A stretch of 45,224 bases of DNA from a virus (taxonomy: Duplodnaviria > Caudoviricetes): the IMG/VR virus record IMGVR_UViG_3300031354_000004, positions 1 to 45,224 of that record; one strand, given 5' to 3'. Shown one piece after another: positions 7,945 to 15,961 of this stretch; position 1 is the first letter of the stretch, and every line of letters begins with the position of its first letter. The position numbers were made by a program, and so were the translations under genes. Under the pieces are notes generated by a model, which made no database searches, was not told where the DNA came from, and saw nothing but the letters and a program-made list of their open reading frames with translations.

Positions 7945-8166
7945 ATGAAGCGGAGAACATCTATACATATTGGTCTCGATAAGCGGACTCAAGAGATCAT
8001 ATCAGAAATTCCCCATAATTATAGATCAGCCATTGTTCGAGGACTCTTGCGAGCATATAAGGCGTATGCTGACAAGAATTCTAATAAACTCAGCAATTGC
8101 TTTACGGTGATGGATGATCTCATAGAAATTAAAAAGATTGAGGAGGGTTCTAATGTTACTGGATGA
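7945..8166 (+). CDS. Putative ribbon-helix-helix DNA-binding protein
   Basis: RTSIHIGLD beta strand, helix, then RSAIVRGLL pattern. Confidence 0.55.
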   Translation: MKRRTSIHIGLDKRTQEIISEIPHNYRSAIVRGLLRAYKAYADKNSNKLSNCFTVMDDLIEIKKIEEGSNVTG

Positions 8167-8389
8167 TATTCAAAAGAGCGCATCGAAGATGACTACGCAA
8201 GAGCTACGCCAACGGATCGAAGAGATTCGACGGGGTCGTGTACAAACTGTGAAACAGGTCGAAAAGAAAGTTAAGAAGACCAAAGCCACAAAAAAGAAGC
8301 AGGGCGTTGCCTTAGCAAAGAAACTTAATCTAACACCTCAACAAATATTGGATTTGCTTTATGGAAACGAAAAAGATACAAATAAATGA
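8153..8389 (+). CDS. Small basic hypothetical protein
   Basis: GGAGG RBS before ATG 8153; Lys-rich. Confidence 0.65.
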   Translation: MLLDDIQKSASKMTTQELRQRIEEIRRGRVQTVKQVEKKVKKTKATKKKQGVALAKKLNLTPQQILDLLYGNEKDTNK

Positions 8390-9740
8390 TATCAAGATCG
8401 AGGAGCGTATGCGGACCGTTTATGCTGGTGTCGAAGAGCTTGCGGCTTCTTTTAGGGAGAAGGGACAACTATCAGCAATTCTCGTAACTCCTGATATACG
8501 CTTGATTGCTGGGGGCCGACGGCTCGCTGCAGCAAAATTTAATGGTTGGGAAGAGATTGAAGCGAAGATCATTAATACCGAGGATACCTACGAAATCGAA
8601 TTCATAGAGAATCACGAGCGAGAGGATTTCGCTTGGCCAGATTTTGCCCGGGGCGTATCGAAGATACACGAAGCTCGATTGGAAAAGGACTATAAATGGT
8701 CGGCGAAGGATACAGCCCGCGTGATTGGTCTATCAAAAAGCTCTGTTCTGAATCAGCTTCAACTTGCCAAGATGATGGCCGTGATTCCTGGTCTCGATCA
8801 ACTTCCTACCGAAGCAGAAGCCTTTCGAAAGATCGATGCTTTGTATGAGAATATATACGCAAAAGAGCTCGCAGCAAGGCCGGAAGAAGAACAAAAGGAA
8901 GAACAGCCTGTAGAGGCCCCACAGAAACCTCAAAGCGTATTCACAGAAGAGCAACGAGCTCAGTCTAAAAAAGAGGTCCAAGAGCTCCTTGATCGTTGTA
9001 AGCAATTAAAAGATGAAGGAATCACGGATGAAAATGGAAATCGTATCTTGCCGGCCGTTCCGGAGTTTATTATAGATGACTTCTTTACGGCTGTCGATAA
9101 GATGGCGGATGGAGAGCTTGGAGACTACTCTTTAATTGAATGCGATCCTCCTTATGGAATTGGCTTGGATGAGAATAAAGAATCTTCTCCTGCTATGATG
9201 GACGTCTATAATGAGATTTCTCGACAGGACTATCCAGAGTTTTTGAATACTCTTATGTTCCAAATGTATCGTATCTTAGGAAACAATGCACGTGTAATTT
9301 TCTGGTACGGGCCTGAATGGTATCCTACAATCATGTCGATCGCTGGAAGCGTTGGATTTAAAGTAAATCCTATTCCTTCCATCTGGTATAAACCGAACAT
9401 AACAGGACAAAACAAACAACCCCGGGTGAATATGTCAAATGTCTATGAGCCTTTCTTACTACTTCGAAAGGGCACTCCGATCCTTGGAAAATTCGGAGCA
9501 AAGAATGTCTTCGCCTTCGACACGGTTCCGGATAAGGACAAGATCCATCCGACTGAACGACCTATTGCCTTGATCGAAGAGGTCATTCAAACCGTTGCCA
9601 GCCCTAAATCTACTTCGCAGTGCCTTGTACCTTTTCTTGGAAGTGGTAATACTTTGATTGCTTGTAAGAATCTTGGTATAAAGGTAAAAGGATATGAGAA
9701 ATCTCAGGAGTATAAAGATCGATATATAATTCGAAGATAA
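8361..9740 (+). CDS. ParB/Srx-HTH domain fused to an N6-adenine/N4-cytosine DNA methyltransferase (beta arrangement)
   Basis: EELAASF...GQL..ILV....LIAGGRRLAA...IENHEREDF; HTH AKDTARVIGLSKSSV; DPPY; HPTERP; PFLGSGNT. Confidence 0.85.
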   Translation: METKKIQINDIKIEERMRTVYAGVEELAASFREKGQLSAILVTPDIRLIAGGRRLAAAKFNGWEEIEAKIINTEDTYEIEFIENHEREDFAWPDFARGVSKIHEARLEKDYKWSAKDTARVIGLSKSSVLNQLQLAKMMAVIPGLDQLPTEAEAFRKIDALYENIYAKELAARPEEEQKEEQPVEAPQKPQSVFTEEQRAQSKKEVQELLDRCKQLKDEGITDENGNRILPAVPEFIIDDFFTAVDKMADGELGDYSLIECDPPYGIGLDENKESSPAMMDVYNEISRQDYPEFLNTLMFQMYRILGNNARVIFWYGPEWYPTIMSIAGSVGFKVNPIPSIWYKPNITGQNKQPRVNMSNVYEPFLLLRKGTPILGKFGAKNVFAFDTVPDKDKIHPTERPIALIEEVIQTVASPKSTSQCLVPFLGSGNTLIACKNLGIKVKGYEKSQEYKDRYIIRR

Positions 9741-9749
9741 GGAGGCTTA

Positions 9750-10010
9750 ATGACTAATTACACTGAAGATCCTTATATGTGTCGAGTGGATTTTTTTACT
9801 TCTTCTGGAAAATGGTATATTACTGAAGCTATATCTTTTCGTGGATTGTATAATAAATTACCTATACATGAAGCTTTTCGTATAGCTCTTGAAAACCATC
9901 TAAAGGGCCAACGGTTAAATGGTATGACTGCAGTCTGTCTTAAGCCATATCATAAGTTAGAGCACCCTATTATGATGACGGTATGTAAATTTGTAAAGGA
10001 GGAGCCTTAA
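9750..10010 (+). CDS. Hypothetical phage protein
   Basis: AGGAGG RBS; TAATG coupling to the polymerase gene. Confidence 0.75.
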   Translation: MTNYTEDPYMCRVDFFTSSGKWYITEAISFRGLYNKLPIHEAFRIALENHLKGQRLNGMTAVCLKPYHKLEHPIMMTVCKFVKEEP

Positions 10011-12619
10011 TGTTTAATATCCTTGGAACACAAGAAGAGAAGATTCGAGTACCTGGGCACGGAGATATAAACGCTCCTATCGTTTTAGTAGGAGAGGCCC
10101 CAGGAGCTACAGAGGAAAGGCAACGTCGGCCCTTTGTAGGTATGTCTGGTCGGCTACTTCGTGACTGCGCGCTCAAAGCAGGTATTCCAGAGTATCAACT
10201 CTATATGACAAACGTTATAAAAGAACGGCCAAAGAATAATGTAATAACCCCTTTCTTTTCGAAAGGTAAGTTTACCGAGCGTGCTCAACCTTATCTCGCA
10301 GAACTACGAGATGAGCTTGTACAGACAAAGGCTAATGTAATAGTGCCTGTTGGGAATGTTGCGTCTGCTGCTATCTGCGGCTTAGAATCAATCACGAAAT
10401 ATCGAGGTTCCATCATGGAATCCACGATGCTTCCTGGACGAAAGGTAATTCCAACGATACATCCTGCGGCAGCCTTGCGTATGTATATACAGAAATACTT
10501 TATCACGCACGACCTAAAGAAAGCGCTTGTGCAAAGTGAATTTCCAGATATTCGGCTTCCTAAAAGGAATCTAATTATCAATCCAACTATCACAGACTTT
10601 TGTCTCTGGTATACAGAATTTAAAAACCTTTGTAATCTTGAAAATCTGCCGAAGAAAATCTCCTTTGATATCGAAATTACAGGTGCTCTAGAGCTTTCCT
10701 GTTTTGCTCTTTCGTATGATTATCGAGAGGCAATTTGTGTTCCAGTAGATCATTATAGTGCTCAGGATGAGATGGCCTCTATTCTCATCTTGGCCGAGCT
10801 CTTAGAAGATCCAGAGATGACTATCATAGGTCAGAATATAAACTTCGATCTAATGTTTATGATTCGTAAGTATAATATTCATCCACGTTGTCGGATTGAG
10901 GATACTATGATTGGGCATAATGTGGTATATCCGGACTTTCCGAAGGGCTTAGATTTCTTATGCTCTATATATACCGACGAGCCTTATTATAAAGCCGACG
11001 GAAAAGAGTGGCGCCAGATTCGGGACTTTCCAAAGTTCTGGCGCTACAACGCAAAAGACGCCGCATGTACACTGGAAATCTGGGAGAATGCAATTGAGCC
11101 ACAACTTAGAACGCAGGGTTTCTGGGATACTTATCGAATGGATGTAGAAAAGCACTATCCTATGTTCTATCCGATGGTTCGAGGCGTACGGGCAGATCCC
11201 CCAGCAGTGCATAAGGTAAAGGACGATCTCGAAGCCACAATATGGCGTCTCCAGGAAGAGCTTGACTCAGAAGTTGAGGCGACAATTGAAGATAATACAT
11301 TGAAGGTCGTCGATAAAGAAACCCAGCAGATGGGGCTCTTAAATGAAGGCTCTCCTAAGCAGGTAATGAAGTATTTCTACTATGATCTAGGAATTCCCCC
11401 TTACCTAAACAAGAAAAAGCCAACCTGTGATGATAAGGCCCTGCAAAGGCTTGCAAAAGGTACTGCCTCAAGAGCCCCTTTAAAAGCAGCCTCTATTATA
11501 CAGGAGCTTCGAAAGCATCGAAAGTTTCGAAACACTTATCTAAATATGAAGTTCGATTCCGATGATCGTTTTCGTTGTATGTATAATCCAAGAGGTACAA
11601 TCTTTGGACGCTTATCTTCGTCTCAGACGATCTTCCACACTGGTATGAACCAGCAAAATTTACCGGCAGAGTTTAAACATTTTCTTCTGGCTGATGAAGG
11701 ATACCTCTATATGGAATTCGATGGAATCCAGGCAGAGTGGGTTGCAACTGCATATATCGCAAATGAAGCCCGCATGATGGAAGTCGTAGAATCTGGAAAA
11801 GACCCGCACGCAGCGACTGCTGAGATGCTTACAAACATGCCACTGCCTCTTATAAAGATGGAAGATGAGCGAATTGGGCATACGTCAGATCCAGATGCAA
11901 TCGAAGGTATCCGAAAAGAAATCGCCCGGGAGAATCCAGAATACCTTGCTGCCCTAAGAAAGATCACATTTATGCCTCGGATCTTCTCATTTCGACAATG
12001 TGGAAAGAAATCAAATCATGGATTTAACTATGGTATGGGCCCTGATAAGTTTGCTTTGACGAATGAGACTCCGACTGCCGACGCGCGTATGTTTCATACT
12101 CACTACCACCGAGCTTATCCAGGATTATCTAATTGGTATCAAAGGACTCAATATGAACTGAATAAGAATCGAACGCTTATAAATCCTTTTGGCCGACGAA
12201 TCAGACTTCTAGGTCGCTGGAGCCCTGAGTTGTTCAATCAGGCATACTCATTCCGTCCGCAATCGACAGTGGCGGATCAAGTGAGGAATGCAATCGATAT
12301 TATATATCGTAGGGATGTCAAAGGAGATCTCATTATACGACCCTCTGAGTTGCTTTCGCAGACACATGACTCGGTCGGATATCAATATCCGCTAAGCCAG
12401 GGAATTGAGGCTCTTGCGCATTTTGCAATCATGGTGAAGGAAGCTTTAGAGCAACCCATCACCTATGAGGGCCGAGAGTTTGTAATCCGAGCAGAATGCA
12501 AAGCCGGTTTTGATTGGGGAGCCAAGACTAAGATCGATATAAGCTCTGTAGATTCGACTATGAAAGGTATTCAAAAACTATTGGAGAGTCATGAAAAACA
12601 CAAAACCGAGGCAGTGTAA
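10010..12619 (+). CDS. polA: Family A DNA polymerase with N-terminal family-4 uracil-DNA glycosylase and 3'-5' exonuclease domains
   Basis: UDG: GEAPG, PFVG.SG, TN, HPAA; Exo I FDIE, Exo II N..FD, Exo III YNAKD; Pol: GRLSS, N.QNLP, motif A D..QAE, motif B R...K..NHG..YG, motif C HDS. Confidence 0.93.
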   Translation: MFNILGTQEEKIRVPGHGDINAPIVLVGEAPGATEERQRRPFVGMSGRLLRDCALKAGIPEYQLYMTNVIKERPKNNVITPFFSKGKFTERAQPYLAELRDELVQTKANVIVPVGNVASAAICGLESITKYRGSIMESTMLPGRKVIPTIHPAAALRMYIQKYFITHDLKKALVQSEFPDIRLPKRNLIINPTITDFCLWYTEFKNLCNLENLPKKISFDIEITGALELSCFALSYDYREAICVPVDHYSAQDEMASILILAELLEDPEMTIIGQNINFDLMFMIRKYNIHPRCRIEDTMIGHNVVYPDFPKGLDFLCSIYTDEPYYKADGKEWRQIRDFPKFWRYNAKDAACTLEIWENAIEPQLRTQGFWDTYRMDVEKHYPMFYPMVRGVRADPPAVHKVKDDLEATIWRLQEELDSEVEATIEDNTLKVVDKETQQMGLLNEGSPKQVMKYFYYDLGIPPYLNKKKPTCDDKALQRLAKGTASRAPLKAASIIQELRKHRKFRNTYLNMKFDSDDRFRCMYNPRGTIFGRLSSSQTIFHTGMNQQNLPAEFKHFLLADEGYLYMEFDGIQAEWVATAYIANEARMMEVVESGKDPHAATAEMLTNMPLPLIKMEDERIGHTSDPDAIEGIRKEIARENPEYLAALRKITFMPRIFSFRQCGKKSNHGFNYGMGPDKFALTNETPTADARMFHTHYHRAYPGLSNWYQRTQYELNKNRTLINPFGRRIRLLGRWSPELFNQAYSFRPQSTVADQVRNAIDIIYRRDVKGDLIIRPSELLSQTHDSVGYQYPLSQGIEALAHFAIMVKEALEQPITYEGREFVIRAECKAGFDWGAKTKIDISSVDSTMKGIQKLLESHEKHKTEAV

Positions 12620-13820
12620 TGACTGGATTGAGGCATATCTTAAGTATACCTATGACAATGAATACCCAAGGTCTTTTCATCTATGGAACGCGATCTGTTG
12701 TATTTCTGGAGCTATGCAAAGAAGATTATGTATGCCTTGGGGCGCCGAGGATATAATATATCCTAATCTGTTCGTTGTCCTAGTTGGCCATTCTGGCCTG
12801 GGCAAGGGTCGATCAATGAAGCCGGCAATTTCAATCTTTAAAGAAACAGGGCTTCCTGTATCGCCTGCCTCAATCACGATTGAGCAACTTCTAGTCCATA
12901 TGGCTAAGCATAATGATGTCTTTATGCATCGTATTACAAAGAAACCAATCAGTCATACGTCGATGCAGATCTTTGCCGAGGAACTTTCTGTTCTTCTTGG
13001 GCAGCGAAATATAAAGAAACTCTCGATTCTCACAGATCTTTTTGATTCCCACGAACTATGGGAGAATGCGACTAAAACCTCTGGCGAAGAGAGTCTTCCA
13101 AATGTATGCTTAAATATGCTCGGAGCTTCTGCGCCTGATTGGTTTCCTAGTATGATTCCCCAAGAAGCTCTTGGAGGAGGTTTTACAAGCCGCATTATAT
13201 TCGTAGTCGAACGGGCGAAGTTTCAGTCTATGCCTCGCCCAGTAGTAAATGACAAGCTTGCAATCCTTCGGCAATGCCTCATAGAGGATCTCCGCCAGAT
13301 TGCTGCGAAGACCTTTAATGGAGAAATATCCTTCAGTGATACTGGTTGGGCAGCTTGGGATAAGTATTATATCAATCAGGAAGACAACATAAAGAAAGAT
13401 AAGTGGCCTGTACAAGATCCAATCTTTCGTGGCTATTGTAATCGCCGGGCTCTGCATGTACGAAAGCTAGCAATGGTCTTTGCTGTGGCTAGAAAGAATT
13501 TTAATTGGCTCGTAGAACCTGACGATCTTCACAGGGCAATTCGCGTTCTACGAAACGTAGAAAGGAAGATGCCTCGCTTATTTAGTGGCGTCGGGATTAA
13601 TACTTATGCCCAGGTTACAAACGCGATCCGTGAGTATTTACACATGCGTGGCAAGGCATCCAGGAAAGAAATCCTAAACAATTTTGCTTCTGAACTGGAT
13701 GCGCAATCAATTCAGATCGTTGAACGAACACTCCAAGAACGGGGCGTTATGCAGCTCTCATACGTAGCCGCGACCGGAGAAGTTTATTATAATCTTATAG
13801 AGAAGGAGGAGGAGATATGA
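12591..13820 (+). CDS. DUF3987-like P-loop ATPase (putative replicative helicase) with C-terminal winged helix
   Basis: PNLFVVLVGHSGLGKG Walker A; EELSVLL; L..LFD; GGFTSRIIFV; directly after polA. Confidence 0.75.
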   Translation: MKNTKPRQCNDWIEAYLKYTYDNEYPRSFHLWNAICCISGAMQRRLCMPWGAEDIIYPNLFVVLVGHSGLGKGRSMKPAISIFKETGLPVSPASITIEQLLVHMAKHNDVFMHRITKKPISHTSMQIFAEELSVLLGQRNIKKLSILTDLFDSHELWENATKTSGEESLPNVCLNMLGASAPDWFPSMIPQEALGGGFTSRIIFVVERAKFQSMPRPVVNDKLAILRQCLIEDLRQIAAKTFNGEISFSDTGWAAWDKYYINQEDNIKKDKWPVQDPIFRGYCNRRALHVRKLAMVFAVARKNFNWLVEPDDLHRAIRVLRNVERKMPRLFSGVGINTYAQVTNAIREYLHMRGKASRKEILNNFASELDAQSIQIVERTLQERGVMQLSYVAATGEVYYNLIEKEEEI

Positions 13821-14134
13821 GTGTTCAAATAATGAACTTGCGAAATTCCAAACCAACTGAAAACTTCGATTTTATAGTCGATCGACGAACGGTTCTAGGA
13901 AACAAATTTATTTTGAATGCCGAAGAACAAAGAGATTCAGTGTGTGATAAGTACCACACCTGGTTTTGGCAATGTGCGCATACACAAGACTTTTTTACCT
14001 ATTTAGCTGATATAACAGAGGCCTATAGAAAATATGGGCACGTTCGTCTGTTTTGTTGGTGCGTCCCTAAAAGATGCCATGCAGAGACTATTAAAGAATA
14101 TTTAACGCGACTAGAACAGGAGAAGACGACATGA
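13817..14134 (+). CDS. DUF4326-family protein
   Basis: VDRRTVLGNKF...LFCWCVPKRCHAETI signature. Confidence 0.8.
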   Translation: MSVQIMNLRNSKPTENFDFIVDRRTVLGNKFILNAEEQRDSVCDKYHTWFWQCAHTQDFFTYLADITEAYRKYGHVRLFCWCVPKRCHAETIKEYLTRLEQEKTT

Positions 14135-14532
14135 GTCATATTATTAAGATTATCTTAGAATTGCTAATAATTACACTACTGGTAGTTGCCTGGCTTTTTT
14201 CTTTAATCTGTTTAGTAAGAGGTCAAACACTCGAAACAACCCTGGTAAATCCAGGATACTTACAAACCGATGTACCCTATTCCGATTTCGCCCTTGGAAT
14301 CTGGATACCTACTCAATACGAAAACATAAGCCTAAGTTTTCGTTATAACACTTACACATTCACAGGCTCAGCCGGAGCTGTCTATATGACCGATAACGTC
14401 TATATTCGCATCGCTCCCATTACGAGCCGCGTTTCTTTAGAAGACCTAATTCAAGTAGGTTTTCCTTTTACATCCTATTGCTTCGCATATGTGACGCTTG
14501 GCGAGATAGGATTTACTTATTTATGGAGATAA
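14131..14532 (+). CDS. Exported or membrane protein
   Basis: N-terminal hydrophobic segment; aromatic, beta-strand-like body ending IGFTYLWR. Confidence 0.65.
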   Translation: MSHIIKIILELLIITLLVVAWLFSLICLVRGQTLETTLVNPGYLQTDVPYSDFALGIWIPTQYENISLSFRYNTYTFTGSAGAVYMTDNVYIRIAPITSRVSLEDLIQVGFPFTSYCFAYVTLGEIGFTYLWR

Positions 14533-14535
14533 AAG

Positions 14536-14901
14536 ATGAGATCCATGCGTCACGGCTTTTCAATGCGAAAATTCCTCCGGCCAATTCCAGAGGAGGACAC
14601 TCGCCCAATAACGTTCAAAGCCCTTTGGCATTCTGAATGGTCCTCAGACTTCGAGGAGCTTCAACGGCATAGGCTTGTCCAGGGAGCCTTACGCTATGGA
14701 CCTTTAAATGCCCCTGGAAAACCTTCTCGGGACCGCGCTTCAAATATAATAAAGCGTATACAAAAATATCAAGAAGATCACAATCTCGAACACCTTGTAG
14801 ATGCGGCAAATCTCTGCATGCTTGAATTCGAAGAGGGCCGACATCCAGATAGGCATTTTTCATCACAAGATGATACACAACATACAAAGGAGATAAAATG
14901 A
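14536..14901 (+). CDS. dATP/dGTP diphosphohydrolase-like (all-alpha NTP-PPase) protein
   Basis: GALRYG...EHLVDAANLCMLEF resembles the DUF5664-type pattern. Confidence 0.55.
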   Translation: MRSMRHGFSMRKFLRPIPEEDTRPITFKALWHSEWSSDFEELQRHRLVQGALRYGPLNAPGKPSRDRASNIIKRIQKYQEDHNLEHLVDAANLCMLEFEEGRHPDRHFSSQDDTQHTKEIK

Positions 14902-15206
14902 ACCTCGTAACCTTACAACAAGCTGTAGCCGAATGGTCAGAAAAGAACTTTGGAACCCAAGAAGCATGGAAACCCCTACTTGGCGTCGGCGAAGAATTAG
15001 GTGAGCTAAACCATGCATACCTTAAAATGTCCCAGAAGATAAGACAAAACGAAAACCACGAGGCAAAACTCAAAGATGCCGTAGGGGATATCGTAATCTA
15101 CCTCGCCGATTTTTGTGCTTCTTATGGAATCTCCCTAGACGAATGTGTGACAACTGCCTGGAATGAAGTTTCTAAACGTGATTGGACAAAGGAGACAGGC
15201 GTATGA
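14898..15206 (+). CDS. mazG: MazG-like nucleotide pyrophosphohydrolase (copy 2)
   Basis: LLGVGEELGEL...KDAVGDIVIYL...AWNEVSKR. Confidence 0.85.
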   Translation: MNLVTLQQAVAEWSEKNFGTQEAWKPLLGVGEELGELNHAYLKMSQKIRQNENHEAKLKDAVGDIVIYLADFCASYGISLDECVTTAWNEVSKRDWTKETGV

Positions 15207-15442
15207 ATAAAGAGAAAAAACTTAAGCCTTTTGACGTATACGCGGGGCAGATAATATCAGAGATGCCTCGGGATTGGCTTATTCGAAATCTCAAACTTAT
15301 ACTTCGCCAAGCCCAAGAACAACGAAGCCTTTACTTAGATCTATTTAAACAGTGCCAAGAATATAAAGACTCTTATGATGGACAATTATTGGGCAGGGTG
15401 TCTTATGGACAAAAAGAAGAGGAGAGCGCAAATGAAACATAA
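15203..15442 (+). CDS. Hypothetical protein
   Basis: AAGGAG RBS; ATGA overlap (start 15203). Confidence 0.65.
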   Translation: MNKEKKLKPFDVYAGQIISEMPRDWLIRNLKLILRQAQEQRSLYLDLFKQCQEYKDSYDGQLLGRVSYGQKEEESANET

Positions 15443-15806
15443 ACCAGTTATTTATATCGCGTCTCCTTATACAAAAGGAGATCCATGTATGAATACACAT
15501 TTCCAGATGCAGGTCTTTAACAAATTACTTGTTGATAATATAGTAACTCCTTATATACCGCTCTGGACACATTTCCAGCACACACTATATCCACAGCCTT
15601 ATCATATGTGGATAAAGTATGACAACGAAATAATCCGTATTATGGATGGTTGTATTAGGTTGAATGCGGATATAGTAGAACTAGGGTATTTTATGGAAGA
15701 TTCTACAGGAGCCGACGCAGAGAAAGCACTGTTTATTAAGCTGGGTAAGCCTGTGTTTTCGTCTATTGAACAGTGCTATGCTTGGACTGAAGCAAGGAGA
15801 GGATAA
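15432..15806 (+). CDS. Nucleoside 2-deoxyribosyltransferase-like (DUF1937/DUF4406-type) protein
   Basis: IYIASPYT...W..YD...I..MDG.I.L...STGADAE......GKPVF. Confidence 0.75.
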   Translation: MKHKPVIYIASPYTKGDPCMNTHFQMQVFNKLLVDNIVTPYIPLWTHFQHTLYPQPYHMWIKYDNEIIRIMDGCIRLNADIVELGYFMEDSTGADAEKALFIKLGKPVFSSIEQCYAWTEARRG

Positions 15807-15808
15807 AG

Positions 15809-15961
15809 ATGAGAAACTTAAAAATTCTTCTTCTATGGCTTTTTATAACGCATCCTCCAAGAGATTATACATTAAGAATAATTATATGTTTAATGCTCTT
15901 GGAGATGTTTTTACTAACTATGAGATATGTCCTAGAACTTCTCCTTCTCAAAAGCCCTTAG
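15809..15961 (+). CDS. Small hydrophobic protein (50 aa; not in ORF track)
   Basis: AGGAGAGG RBS; MRNLKILLLWLFITHPPRDYTLRIIICLMLLEMFLLTMRYVLELLLLKSP; overlaps the 3' end of the convergent gene by 30 nt. Confidence 0.5.
   Translation: MRNLKILLLWLFITHPPRDYTLRIIICLMLLEMFLLTMRYVLELLLLKSP

Noticed and set aside
7023-15806. Z-genome (2-aminoadenine) pathway
   Set aside because: No PurZ/adenylosuccinate-synthetase-like ORF and no HD-domain DatZ recognised
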